A DNA stretch of 64,000 nt, from positions 2,497 through 66,496 of the forward strand of contig JAZQIU010000045.1 in the NCBI GenBank assembly GCA_045541255.1, in the 5' to 3' direction. The notes under the pieces were generated by a model. It made no database searches, was not told the DNA's origin, and worked only from the letters and a program-made list of their open reading frames with translations. This DNA is from Bacilli bacterium (GTDB lineage: Bacteria > Bacillota_I > Bacilli_A > RF39 > UBA660). The position numbers and the translations under genes were made by a program. Positions 37,583 through 46,611 of this stretch are shown piece after piece (position 1 is the first letter of the stretch; each line of letters begins with the position of its first letter).

Positions 37583-37933
37583 ATGAATCAAATTAAGTTA
37601 AAAAGAATTGCTTCTCAAATAATTAGAGAAGTTAGTGATATATTACAAAATGAAGCGAGAGACAGATTGATGCATACTATAACAATTACTGGATGTGATG
37701 TTAGTAGTGATTTAGGATATGCTAAGATTTATTTTACTTGTGTTTTAGATATTGAAAAACGCGATATAGAACGCGAATTAGAAGAAGCTTCCGGATATAT
37801 TAGAAGAGAGTTAGCAGAGAGAATAGATGTACGACATACTCCTAAATTAGTTTTTAAATTTGATGAATCAGTAGAATATGGTAATCATATAGATAATATA
37901 ATAGAAAAAATACATGATAAGGAAAATGTTTAG
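37583..37933 (+). CDS. rbfA: ribosome-binding factor A
   Basis: 'LKRIASQIIREVSDIL...ITGCDVSSDLGYAKIYF...RHTPKLVFKFD'. Confidence 0.9.
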   Translation: MNQIKLKRIASQIIREVSDILQNEARDRLMHTITITGCDVSSDLGYAKIYFTCVLDIEKRDIERELEEASGYIRRELAERIDVRHTPKLVFKFDESVEYGNHIDNIIEKIHDKENV

Positions 37934-37957
37934 TAATAAACATTTTTTTGGTAAGTT

Positions 37958-38797
37958 ATGAACGGTATATTAGTTGTTAACAAAGAAAAAGGATATACAT
38001 CTCGTGATGTTGTTAATATAGTTTCTAAAGTTTTAAACACAAAAAAGATTGGACATACTGGTACTTTAGATCCTATTGCAGAAGGTGTATTGGTTTTAAC
38101 TATTGGAAAATGTACTAAATTATGTGATTATTTAACTAGTAATTATAAAGAATATATTGCAGAATTTGAATTAGGATATGAAACTGATACTTTAGATAAT
38201 ACAGGTAAAGTTTTAAAAACTATTGATAAACAAGTTAGTGAAGAAGATATTGTTAATGTTGTAAAAAGTTTTGTTGGTGAATATAATCAAGAGGTCCCTA
38301 AATATAGTGCTGTGAAGATTAATGGTAGAAAATTATATGAGTATGCTAGAAATGAAGAAGAAGTGTCTTTGCCTAGTAGATTAGTTGATATTAAAAATGT
38401 TGAAGTGATAGATGTTGGTAAAGTTATTAAAATAAAGTGTATGGTTTCTAAAGGAACCTATATTAGAAGTTTAATAAGAGATATAGGTTTAAAATTAGGT
38501 ACTTATGCTACTATGACTAGTTTGTTGAGAACTATGCAAGGTGAGTTTTCTATAAATAATAGTTATAGCTTGGATGATATTAAAAACGGTAACTTTAAAT
38601 TACTAAGTATAGAAGAACTATTTAAAGAATATCCTAAAATTTATTTAGATGAATATAGTTATAAAAAAGTATCTAATGGTTGTATATTAGAGAATAATTA
38701 TGATAGTGAATATATATTATTTTATTATCAAGATAATTTAGTTAGTATTTATAAATGTATTGAAAATAAAAAGATTAAACCATTTATTATGTTTTAA
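37958..38797 (+). CDS. truB: tRNA pseudouridine(55) synthase
   Basis: 'GILVVNKEKGYTSRDVV...GHTGTLDPIAEGVLVL'. Confidence 0.9.
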   Translation: MNGILVVNKEKGYTSRDVVNIVSKVLNTKKIGHTGTLDPIAEGVLVLTIGKCTKLCDYLTSNYKEYIAEFELGYETDTLDNTGKVLKTIDKQVSEEDIVNVVKSFVGEYNQEVPKYSAVKINGRKLYEYARNEEEVSLPSRLVDIKNVEVIDVGKVIKIKCMVSKGTYIRSLIRDIGLKLGTYATMTSLLRTMQGEFSINNSYSLDDIKNGNFKLLSIEELFKEYPKIYLDEYSYKKVSNGCILENNYDSEYILFYYQDNLVSIYKCIENKKIKPFIMF

Positions 38798-38803
38798 TCT
38801 TTT

Positions 38804-39472
38804 TTATATCTCTTCTTTATCAAATTTTGATTTTATTATAAATATTATTGTTGTTATTATTGTAAATATTATAACTATTACAAAGTTACTTGTTAAGTTA
38901 GTTATCATTTTATTAAATTCAGTTATTTTAAATACATCATTTATTGTTACATAACATAAAGTATCTAAAGCATATGGAATGAACATTGCTAATGAAAAAG
39001 CTATAAATTTTTTTGTATATGGTTCCATTGCTTCATATAATATTAAAATTAATGTATGACTAAAATAATATAATAGTGTAAATGATATTAAATTTAATAT
39101 ATTTGGATAGTATATTGGTTGATTATTTATTAAGAAATAATTTGGTGTTAAAACTTGTTTAAGTGCTAAGTCAACATCTCTTGAATAATAATTTCCTGGA
39201 ATGCTATTAAATATAGAAATAATTAAATTAAATATTAAAAATATTAATGCAGTTTTTAAAATAACTTTATGAGTTTCTTTAAAATTTGTTTTTTTACAAA
39301 TTAATATTATAAATAGAAATGTAAATGGATATAGTAAGTTTGATAAACTAACTTCTAATACATTATTTGGTTCTATAAATATTGTTTTATATCTAAAAAT
39401 ACCACATATTATTATAAAAATAATTAATAAGTATGTGATAAATGTGTTTGTATTTTTACCCTTTTTATTCAT
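38804..39472 (-). CDS. polytopic membrane protein (family unclear)
   Basis: ATG at 39472 gives 'MNKKGKNTNTF...'. About 6 hydrophobic segments. A distant VUT/YhhQ-like impression only. Confidence 0.5.
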   Translation of the reverse strand: MNKKGKNTNTFITYLLIIFIIICGIFRYKTIFIEPNNVLEVSLSNLLYPFTFLFIILICKKTNFKETHKVILKTALIFLIFNLIISIFNSIPGNYYSRDVDLALKQVLTPNYFLINNQPIYYPNILNLISFTLLYYFSHTLILILYEAMEPYTKKFIAFSLAMFIPYALDTLCYVTINDVFKITEFNKMITNLTSNFVIVIIFTIITTIIFIIKSKFDKEEI

Positions 39473-39687
39473 ACTATCACCTATAATAAATATTAACATA
39501 TTAATAATATTTAGTCTAGTTATTTTTCCAAATGTAATATATTGATAAGTTATGTCGATTGACTTGATATTAAAATATTTTTCTTTATTATAGTATCTCG
39601 AGCGTTAGGACCGGTGTCTACTATTTATACTTTGTGTTCTATCTTTCTTAATCTTTCTAGTGAGGAGTTTTGGTAAGTAGTACGGAG

Positions 39688-39822
39688 GTGTTTATAGTTT
39701 TGTTAGAAGTAATTTTAACAATATTAAAAAGTCTACTTAGTAGACAAAATAAAAAGACATCAAAATCTATTGTTATCCAAATGGGTAAAATAGAGATTAA
39801 TGTCAACAACCAAAAATTGTAG
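39688..39822 (+). CDS. candidate small ORF (40-44 aa, start uncertain: GTG 39688 or TTG 39700)
   Basis: GGAGG at 39684-39688. Translation is (M)FIVLLEVILTILKSLLSRQNKKTSKSIVIQMGKIEINVNNQKL, a hydrophobic N-terminus followed by a basic tail. Confidence 0.3.
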   Translation: MFIVLLEVILTILKSLLSRQNKKTSKSIVIQMGKIEINVNNQKL

Positions 39823-39846
39823 GCATTAAATTCCTAACGCTCTACT
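39726..39846 (-). ncRNA. candidate antisense RNA overlapping the 3' half of the small ORF
   Basis: The - strand promoter is TTGATT (39880-39875), 16-nt spacer, TGaTATAAT (-10 at 39858-39853). The - strand terminator is GTCTACTAAGTAGAC (39745-39731) followed by T5. Confidence 0.45.
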
Positions 39847-39944
39847 AAATTAATTATATCAAATATTTATTATAAATCAATAAAATAAAAGTTCTAGTAA
39901 TTTTATTATAATTTTGTTATTATATAGTTGTTTTGGAGGTACTT

Positions 39945-41129
39945 ATGGAAAAAATAATAATTATTAAGTATGGTGAATTAACGACAAAAAAAGATAATAT
40001 AAATTATTTTTTATCTTGTTTAAAAGATAATATACGTAATTTTATTGGTAATGATGCTAGTATTAAATTTGATAGAGGAAGAATGTTTATTACTAGTGAA
40101 GAAGAAAAGTATGAAGATATAATAAAAAAATTAAAATGTGTTTTTGGTATACATGAAATTAATTTGGGATATAAATTAGATAGTAATGATATTGAGACAA
40201 TTGAAAATAATTTAAAAGAATTAATTCAATATAAGAGTTTTAAGACATTTAAAGTAGAAACTAAGAGAAGTTATAAAAATTATCCTATGAATAGTATGGA
40301 AGTTAGTAGATATTTAGGTGGCGTAGTTTTAAAGACTATGAAAACAGTTAGTGTTGATGTACATAATCCTGAAGTTACTATAAATATAGAAATAAGAGAT
40401 AGAAGTTCATATATATATTTTGATAAAATTGAAGGTATAGGTGGATATCCTGTAGGTAGTTTAGGTAAAGGAATGTTAATGCTTAGTGGTGGGATAGATA
40501 GTCCTGTTGCTGGATATCTGGCTTTAAAACGTGGCGTTAGAATAGAAGGAGTTTATTTTGAGAGTCCTCCTCATACTAGTGAAGCAGCTAAAAATAAAGT
40601 AATGGAGTTAACTCGTAAACTTACAAATTATTCAGGATATGTTAAACTTCATGTTGTTAATTTTACTAATATTCAAGAAACTATATATAAAAATGTACCT
40701 CATGAGTATTTAATAACTATTATGAGAAGAATGATGTATAGAATTAGTGAAAGATTAGCAAAGAGAAATAATTGTAAAGTAATTATAAATGGAGAAAGTA
40801 TAGGGCAAGTAGCAAGTCAAACTTTAACTAGTATGGCTAGTATTAATAGTGTAACAAATATGCCTGTTATAAGACCTGTTGCTTGTTTAGATAAATTAGA
40901 AATTATAGATATTGCTAAAAGAATAGATACATATGAAACAAGTATATTACCTTTTGAAGATTGTTGTACTATATTTGTACCTGAACATCCTGTAATTAAT
41001 CCAGTATTAGAAAAATGTTTAGAGTATGAAAAATTAATAGATGTTGATAGTTTGATTAAAGAAGCTATAGATAATACAGAAACTATAAGAATAGAAAATA
41101 AAGTTAAAGTTTTTGATGATGTATTATAG
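39945..41129 (+). CDS. thiI: tRNA 4-thiouridine(8) synthase
   Basis: THUMP N-terminus 'IIKYGELTTKK' and PP-loop 'LSGGIDSPVA'. Confidence 0.9.
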   Translation: MEKIIIIKYGELTTKKDNINYFLSCLKDNIRNFIGNDASIKFDRGRMFITSEEEKYEDIIKKLKCVFGIHEINLGYKLDSNDIETIENNLKELIQYKSFKTFKVETKRSYKNYPMNSMEVSRYLGGVVLKTMKTVSVDVHNPEVTINIEIRDRSSYIYFDKIEGIGGYPVGSLGKGMLMLSGGIDSPVAGYLALKRGVRIEGVYFESPPHTSEAAKNKVMELTRKLTNYSGYVKLHVVNFTNIQETIYKNVPHEYLITIMRRMMYRISERLAKRNNCKVIINGESIGQVASQTLTSMASINSVTNMPVIRPVACLDKLEIIDIAKRIDTYETSILPFEDCCTIFVPEHPVINPVLEKCLEYEKLIDVDSLIKEAIDNTETIRIENKVKVFDDVL

Positions 41130-41164
41130 TTAATAAATGGTTCCATAATAGTAATGGTGATATT

Positions 41165-41332
41165 ATGGAATTAGAGAAAAAAATTAATACTAAATTTAGT
41201 AATTTAAATCCGACTTGTATAAAAGATAATAATATGAATTGTGTTAATATATTTGATACAAGTTTAGGTGGTAAAAAGATTTTTGATGATGGATTTAAAA
41301 GTGTTACTAAGTTTAAGAGAAATTTTAAATAG
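41165..41332 (+). CDS. candidate 55-aa ORF
   Basis: GGTGA RBS then MELEKKINTKFSNLNPTCIKDNN..., followed by a hairpin and T-run. No family recognised. Confidence 0.3.
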   Translation: MELEKKINTKFSNLNPTCIKDNNMNCVNIFDTSLGGKKIFDDGFKSVTKFKRNFK

Positions 41333-41414
41333 AGAAATAAGTTTTTATCTCTCTTTTTTAATTGTTTTTGGTGTTGATTTAATGTATAATACTTTTTAGA
41401 AGGAGCGATATTTT

Positions 41415-42611
41415 ATGAAAATATTAAGTGTTAATGCAGGTAGTTCTTCATTAAAATTTACATTATTTGAAATGCCTGCTGGAATTGAATTAATTGGGGG
41501 ATATTTTGAAAAGATTGGTTTAGAAGATAGTTTTTATTCTATAAAGATGAATGGTGAAAAAACTAAAAAGAGCGCTAAAGTTAGTAATCATGCTGATGCT
41601 GTTAAATTTTTAATTGATGAATTAATAGATAACAAAGTTATTAGTTCATTAGATGAATTAGATGGTGTTGGTCATAGATTAGTTCACGGTGGTGAAAAAT
41701 ATACTGATTCAGTAGTTATTAATGAAGATGTTATTAATACAGTAACTGAGTTAATACCTTTAGCGCCATTACATAATCCAGCAAACTTGACTGGTGTTAA
41801 GGCTTTTATGGATGTTTTAAAAGATACTCCAAATGTTGGTGTATTTGATACTGCTTTTCATCAAACTATGAAAAAAGAACAATATTTATATGGTGTTCCT
41901 TATAGTTGGTATGAAAATTATAAAGTTCGTAAATATGGATTTCATGGTACTAGTCATAAATTTATTACTAAAACTATGAAGGAAATGTTAGGTAAAGATG
42001 ATGTTAATTTAATTATTTGTCATATTGGATCTGGTGGTTCTTTATGCGCTGTTAAAGATGGTAAGAGTTTTGATACTACAATGGGCTTTACTCCTAATGC
42101 TGGTATAATGATGGGAACTCGTTCTGGAGATATCGATTATTCATTAATACCTTATGTGATGAAGGAATCTGGTATGAGTTTAACAGAAGTGGATAATATG
42201 TTAAATAAGCAAAGTGGTCTTCTTGGTGTAAGTGGTGTAAGTAGCGATTCAAGAGATATTGAAGAAGCTGTTGCAACTGGTAATGAAGGTGCAATATTAG
42301 CTAATGAAATGTATGTAAACAAAATTGCTAAATATATAGCAGAATATTATGTTGAATTAAATGGTAAAGTAGATGCTTTAGTATTAACTGCTGGTTTGGG
42401 TGAAAATGCTATAGAATTTAGAGAAAATTTATTAACTAGATTAGAGTGTTTAGGAATTAAATTAGATAAAGACGTTAATAATACTATTGCAGGTTATAAG
42501 AGTGTTCAAAGTGGTATTATTAGTACTAATGATTCAGTTGTTCCTGTTTATGTAGTTCCAACTAATGAAGAATTAATGATTGCAACTGATACTTATGAAT
42601 TAATAAAATAG
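41415..42611 (+). CDS. ackA: acetate kinase
   Basis: 'ILSVNAGSSSLKF', 'GHRLVHGG', 'FDTAFHQTM', 'GFHGTSH'. Confidence 0.95.
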   Translation: MKILSVNAGSSSLKFTLFEMPAGIELIGGYFEKIGLEDSFYSIKMNGEKTKKSAKVSNHADAVKFLIDELIDNKVISSLDELDGVGHRLVHGGEKYTDSVVINEDVINTVTELIPLAPLHNPANLTGVKAFMDVLKDTPNVGVFDTAFHQTMKKEQYLYGVPYSWYENYKVRKYGFHGTSHKFITKTMKEMLGKDDVNLIICHIGSGGSLCAVKDGKSFDTTMGFTPNAGIMMGTRSGDIDYSLIPYVMKESGMSLTEVDNMLNKQSGLLGVSGVSSDSRDIEEAVATGNEGAILANEMYVNKIAKYIAEYYVELNGKVDALVLTAGLGENAIEFRENLLTRLECLGIKLDKDVNNTIAGYKSVQSGIISTNDSVVPVYVVPTNEELMIATDTYELIK

Positions 42612-42624
42612 AAAGTGTGAAAAT

Positions 42625-43590
42625 ATGAACATTGTAATGAAACAAATAATAAGAAAGATAAAGGAATATGATAATATTGTTATTGCTAGACATATAGGTC
42701 CAGATCCTGATGCTTTAGCAAGTGAGATAGCTTTAAGAGATTCTATTAAATTAACTTTTCCTAAAAAAAATGTTTATGCTGTAGGAAATTCAGTTTCTAA
42801 GTTTAGATATTTTGGTGATTTAGATAGAATTGATGATAGAAATTTAGATAAACCTTTACTTATTATTTTAGATGTTCCAAATAAATCTAGAATTGATGGA
42901 ATAAATTATGATGTTTATGATTATGTTATAAGAATTGATCATCATCCTAATGTAGAAGATGTTGCCAATTTAGAGATGGTTAATGATTCTTCTAGTAGTA
43001 CTTGTGAGTTGATTACTGAGCTTATTGTTAATACTAAATTAAAAATGAATGAAAAAATTGCATCAAATTTATTTTTAGGTATTGTGGCTGATAGCGATAG
43101 ATTCTTACTATCTTATACTACTCCAAATACTTTTAAAATAGTAACTATGTTAATTGAAGATTATAAATTAGATATTGCTAAATTATATGATAATTTATAT
43201 GAAAGACCATTAAATGAAGTTAAGTTTCAATCTTATATAACTTTAAATATGAATGTTACTGAAAATAATTTTGGATATATAAAATTAGATAAAAAAATAA
43301 TGGATGAATTTGGTGTAGATGCATCTGCTGCTAGTAATATGGTTAATAATTTTAATTTTATAAAAGAATTATATTGTTGGGCTTTTAGTAGTTATGATGA
43401 GAAAAATGATATTTATAAAATTAATATTAGAAGTCGTGGACCAGTTATAAACACTGTTGCTAGTAAATATAATGGCGGAGGACATATATTTGCAAGTGGT
43501 GCTAGAATAAAAGCTGAAACTGATGTTGATAGTCTATTTAAAGAATTAGATGAAGCAACGAAAGAATATAAAGATAGTTTAAAGGGATAA
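42625..43590 (+). CDS. nrnA: DHH/DHHA1 phosphoesterase (NrnA-like oligoribonuclease/pAp phosphatase)
   Basis: 'IARHIGPDPDALAS', 'IDHHPN', 'GGGHIFASGA'. Confidence 0.8.
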   Translation: MNIVMKQIIRKIKEYDNIVIARHIGPDPDALASEIALRDSIKLTFPKKNVYAVGNSVSKFRYFGDLDRIDDRNLDKPLLIILDVPNKSRIDGINYDVYDYVIRIDHHPNVEDVANLEMVNDSSSSTCELITELIVNTKLKMNEKIASNLFLGIVADSDRFLLSYTTPNTFKIVTMLIEDYKLDIAKLYDNLYERPLNEVKFQSYITLNMNVTENNFGYIKLDKKIMDEFGVDASAASNMVNNFNFIKELYCWAFSSYDEKNDIYKINIRSRGPVINTVASKYNGGGHIFASGARIKAETDVDSLFKELDEATKEYKDSLKG

Positions 43591-43649
43591 TCATGTGATT
43601 ATCCTTTTTTAATATTTGAAAATATACTATAATATTATTAGGTGGTTAT

Positions 43650-46208
43650 ATGAAAAGAATAGTACTTATAGATGGTAATAATTTAATGTTTAGGAGTTTT
43701 TATGCAACTGCTTATACAGGTAATTTAATGAAAAATAGTAAAGGCTTTTATACTAATGCTTTATATGGTTTTGTTAATATGATAAATAAAATTATTGAAG
43801 AAGAAAAACCAGAGTATATGGCTGTTGCGTTTGATATAGGTAAAAATTTTAGAAAAGATATATATAGTGAATATAAAGATGGTAGAAAACCAACTCCAGA
43901 AGAATTAAAAATGCAAATGCCTGTTGCAAGAAAAATATTAGATGCTATGGGTATTAAATATTATGAAGTTGAGAATTATGAAGCAGATGATATTATTGGA
44001 ACTTTATCTTATAGAGCATTAGTTGATCCAGATTATGTTGCGACAGTAATAAGTAGCGATAAGGATTTATTACAATTAATAAATGAGCAAGTAGAAGTTA
44101 AATTATTAAAATCTAAGGATTATATAAGATATAATAAAGAAACATTTATGAATGATTATGGCTTTGATCCTATTAGAATAATAGATTTAAAAGCTTTGAT
44201 GGGTGATGCTAGCGATAATATTCCTGGAGTTAAAGGTATAGGTGAGAAGACAGCTATAAAATTAATTCAAGAATATGATACTATAGAAAATTTATATGAA
44301 AATATAGATGATATAAAAGGTAAATTAAAAGAAAAATTAGTATTAGATAAAGAAAATGCTTTCTTTTCTAAGAAGATAGCGACTATATATTTAAGTGTTC
44401 CAATAATAGATGATTTTGACGCTATGAAATATACTGGTGAAGATATAGATAAATTAACTAGTATTTTTGAAGAGTTAGAATTCTATAGTTTTATGAAAAA
44501 ATTTGTTAAAAAATCTATAGATATTAACAATAATATTGAGTATAAAACTTTAGAAAATGTTAGTGAAATAAATAAAGAAAATATTATTAGTTATTATATA
44601 GAGTGTGATAAAGTTAATTATCATTATGGTAATATTCTTGGTATGGGTTTATATGATAATAGTAATTTATACTTTGTTAAACCTGATATGGTAAATGAAG
44701 TTTTGGAATATATAAAAGATTCGGTTAAATATACTTTTGATTTAAAAAAGAATAATTGTTTAGTAGGAAAAATAATAGATAATACTATTTATGATCATAT
44801 GATAGTTGCTGATTTGTTAAATTATAATTTTAAAGAAGATTTAAGTATTCTTATGAAAAATGATGGTATCAATATTGATGAATATAGTGTGTTTTTGAAG
44901 ACACAAGAAAATTTAGAATTTAATGTTGTTAGTAAAGCAAAATATATTTATGATATTAGAGATGAATATATAAAAAAATTAAAGTTAGAAAATATGTATG
45001 ATTTATTTATTGATGTTGAAATGCCTTTAATTAGTACTTTAACTAGAATGGAATTAAATGGTATTAAAGTGGATAAAGATATATTACATAATATGGGTGA
45101 AGAATTATCTGTTAAGATAGATGAATTAAAAAATGATATTTATGCTTTTGCTGGAGAAGAATTTAATATAGCAAGTCCTAAACAATTAGGTAATATTTTA
45201 TTTGAAAAGTTGGGTTTGAAACATGGTAAAAAGATAAGAAGTGGGTATTCTACTGATAGTAAAGCATTAGAAAAAATAATGAGTGATCATCCTATAGTAC
45301 CTTTAATTGTTGAATATAGAAATTTAACTAAGATATATGGAACTTATATTGAGGGTTTATCTAATTATGTTATGGAAGATGGTAAGATACATACTATTTA
45401 TAAACAAACAATGACTAGAACTGGTAGACTTTCGAGTGTAGAGCCAAATTTACAAAATATACCAGCTAGAGATGAGTTAGGTAAAATGGTTAGACGTGCA
45501 TTTATACCAACTAATAATGTATTCTTAAGTGCAGATTATTCTCAAATAGAGTTAAGAATATTAGCGCATATAAGTGATTCTAAAGATTTGATAGATGCTT
45601 ATATTAATGGAGAAGATATTCATACTAAGGTTGCTAGTGATATATTTGCAGTTCCTAAAAGTGATGTTAGTAAAGAAATGCGTAGTGCAGCAAAAGCTGT
45701 TATATTTGGAATAGTTTATGGTATTAGTGGCTTTGGTTTGGGAGAAAATATAGGTTTAAGTGCGAAAGAAGCAAAAGTTTTTATAGAAAAATATTATGAA
45801 TTGTATCCTGGCGTAAAAAACTATATGGAAACAATCGTTCATGAAGCCTATATGGATGGTAGTGTAAGAACTTTATTTAATAGAAAAAGAGTTATAGATG
45901 AATTAAATAGTAGTAATTATATGGTAAGAATGAGTGGAGAAAGAATAGCTTTAAATACTCCTATACAAGGAACTAGTGCTGATATAATAAAAATGGCTAT
46001 GGTAAAAATAGATGAGGAATTTATTAAACGTGGAATAAAGAGTAAAATGTTATTACAAATACACGATGAATTAGTATTTGATATAGTTGAAAGTGAAAAA
46101 GAAGAAGTGACAAATTTAGTAATGAATACTATGAAAAATATAGTTAGTTTAAAAGTCCCTTTAGAAGTAAGTTGTGATTATGGTACTGATTTATATGAAA
46201 CAAAATAA
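43650..46208 (+). CDS. polA: DNA polymerase I
   Basis: 5' nuclease 'LIDGNNLMFRSFYA' and polymerase motifs 'DYSQIELRILAH', 'RSAAKAVIFGIVYG', 'LQIHDELVF'. Confidence 0.95.
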   Translation: MKRIVLIDGNNLMFRSFYATAYTGNLMKNSKGFYTNALYGFVNMINKIIEEEKPEYMAVAFDIGKNFRKDIYSEYKDGRKPTPEELKMQMPVARKILDAMGIKYYEVENYEADDIIGTLSYRALVDPDYVATVISSDKDLLQLINEQVEVKLLKSKDYIRYNKETFMNDYGFDPIRIIDLKALMGDASDNIPGVKGIGEKTAIKLIQEYDTIENLYENIDDIKGKLKEKLVLDKENAFFSKKIATIYLSVPIIDDFDAMKYTGEDIDKLTSIFEELEFYSFMKKFVKKSIDINNNIEYKTLENVSEINKENIISYYIECDKVNYHYGNILGMGLYDNSNLYFVKPDMVNEVLEYIKDSVKYTFDLKKNNCLVGKIIDNTIYDHMIVADLLNYNFKEDLSILMKNDGINIDEYSVFLKTQENLEFNVVSKAKYIYDIRDEYIKKLKLENMYDLFIDVEMPLISTLTRMELNGIKVDKDILHNMGEELSVKIDELKNDIYAFAGEEFNIASPKQLGNILFEKLGLKHGKKIRSGYSTDSKALEKIMSDHPIVPLIVEYRNLTKIYGTYIEGLSNYVMEDGKIHTIYKQTMTRTGRLSSVEPNLQNIPARDELGKMVRRAFIPTNNVFLSADYSQIELRILAHISDSKDLIDAYINGEDIHTKVASDIFAVPKSDVSKEMRSAAKAVIFGIVYGISGFGLGENIGLSAKEAKVFIEKYYELYPGVKNYMETIVHEAYMDGSVRTLFNRKRVIDELNSSNYMVRMSGERIALNTPIQGTSADIIKMAMVKIDEEFIKRGIKSKMLLQIHDELVFDIVESEKEEVTNLVMNTMKNIVSLKVPLEVSCDYGTDLYETK

Positions 46209-46233
46209 AAGATAGTTTTTTCTATCTTTTTTT
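46208..46233 (+). terminator. intrinsic terminator after polA
   Basis: AAAGATAG-tttttt-CTATCTTT followed by a T-run. Confidence 0.7.
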
Positions 46234-46241
46234 GTAATGTT

Positions 46242-46270
46242 TTGTCGAATAATTTGAAATAAATTATAGT
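46242..46270 (+). promoter_or_regulatory. sense promoter of family-2 element copy 2
   Basis: TTGTCG, 17-nt spacer, TATAGT. Confidence 0.55.
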
Positions 46271-46348
46271 TAGTTTATAATAACTAACCGAACATTCAAT
46301 TAGTTAATGCCTGCCTCTTATTTAAAAAAAAGAAAAGAGGTTTGATAA

Positions 46349-46435
46349 ATGAGTATAAAAAGTTTCTTAATAAAAGTGCTTGATAGACTTATTATCATTT
46401 TATCTTTAATCCTCCTACAAGGGTTTTGGAGATAA
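46349..46435 (+). CDS. 28-aa hydrophobic peptide (candidate type I toxin), identical to 37337..37423 product
   Basis: MSIKSFLIKVLDRLIIILSLILLQGFWR. Codon 7 is TTA vs TTG and codon 10 is GTG vs GTA; both changes are synonymous. Confidence 0.55.
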   Translation: MSIKSFLIKVLDRLIIILSLILLQGFWR

Positions 46436-46510
46436 AAAATGACATTAACCAAAGGTTAATGTCTCACCACTTGAGGTAGGCATTCAATCTTCGCAATTGA
46501 ATGTTCTACT
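46434..46510 (-). ncRNA. candidate antisense RNA, copy 2
   Basis: The - strand promoter is TTGACA (46545-46540), 17-nt spacer, TACTAT (46522-46517). The terminator is GACATTAACC-ttt-GGTTAATGTC followed by T-rich 'ATTTTTT' on the - strand. Confidence 0.5.
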
Positions 46511-46516
46511 AATTAA

Positions 46517-46545
46517 ATAGTATCAAAGAAGAGTTGTGTTGTCAA
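46517..46545 (-). promoter_or_regulatory. antisense promoter of family-2 element copy 2
   Basis: TTGACA-17-TACTAT on the - strand. The position is equivalent to copy 1 although the sequence differs. Confidence 0.55.
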
Positions 46546-46611
46546 ATCTTCTTTTTTTTGTTATAATCAATATACCTTTTAAAACTTTTATTAATTATTT
46601 TTTAGAAAGAG

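Larger units (their letters stand above)
39589..39880 (+). other. family-3 small-ORF/antisense locus (singleton in this window)
   Basis: TATAGT -10 hexamer (39589-39594). The 5' arm GAGCGTTAGGA (39600-39610) is perfectly complementary to the 3' arm TCCTAACGCTC (39832-39842). A convergent - strand promoter and terminator are present. Confidence 0.5.
46233..46508 (+). repeat. family-2 small-ORF/antisense element, copy 2
   Basis: Collinear with 37221..37496. Confidence 0.9.

Noticed and set aside
38760-38954. 64-aa + strand ORF overlapping the truB end and the - strand membrane gene
   Set aside because: It is an Ile/Val-rich shadow of the membrane protein's hydrophobic C-terminus and has no RBS.
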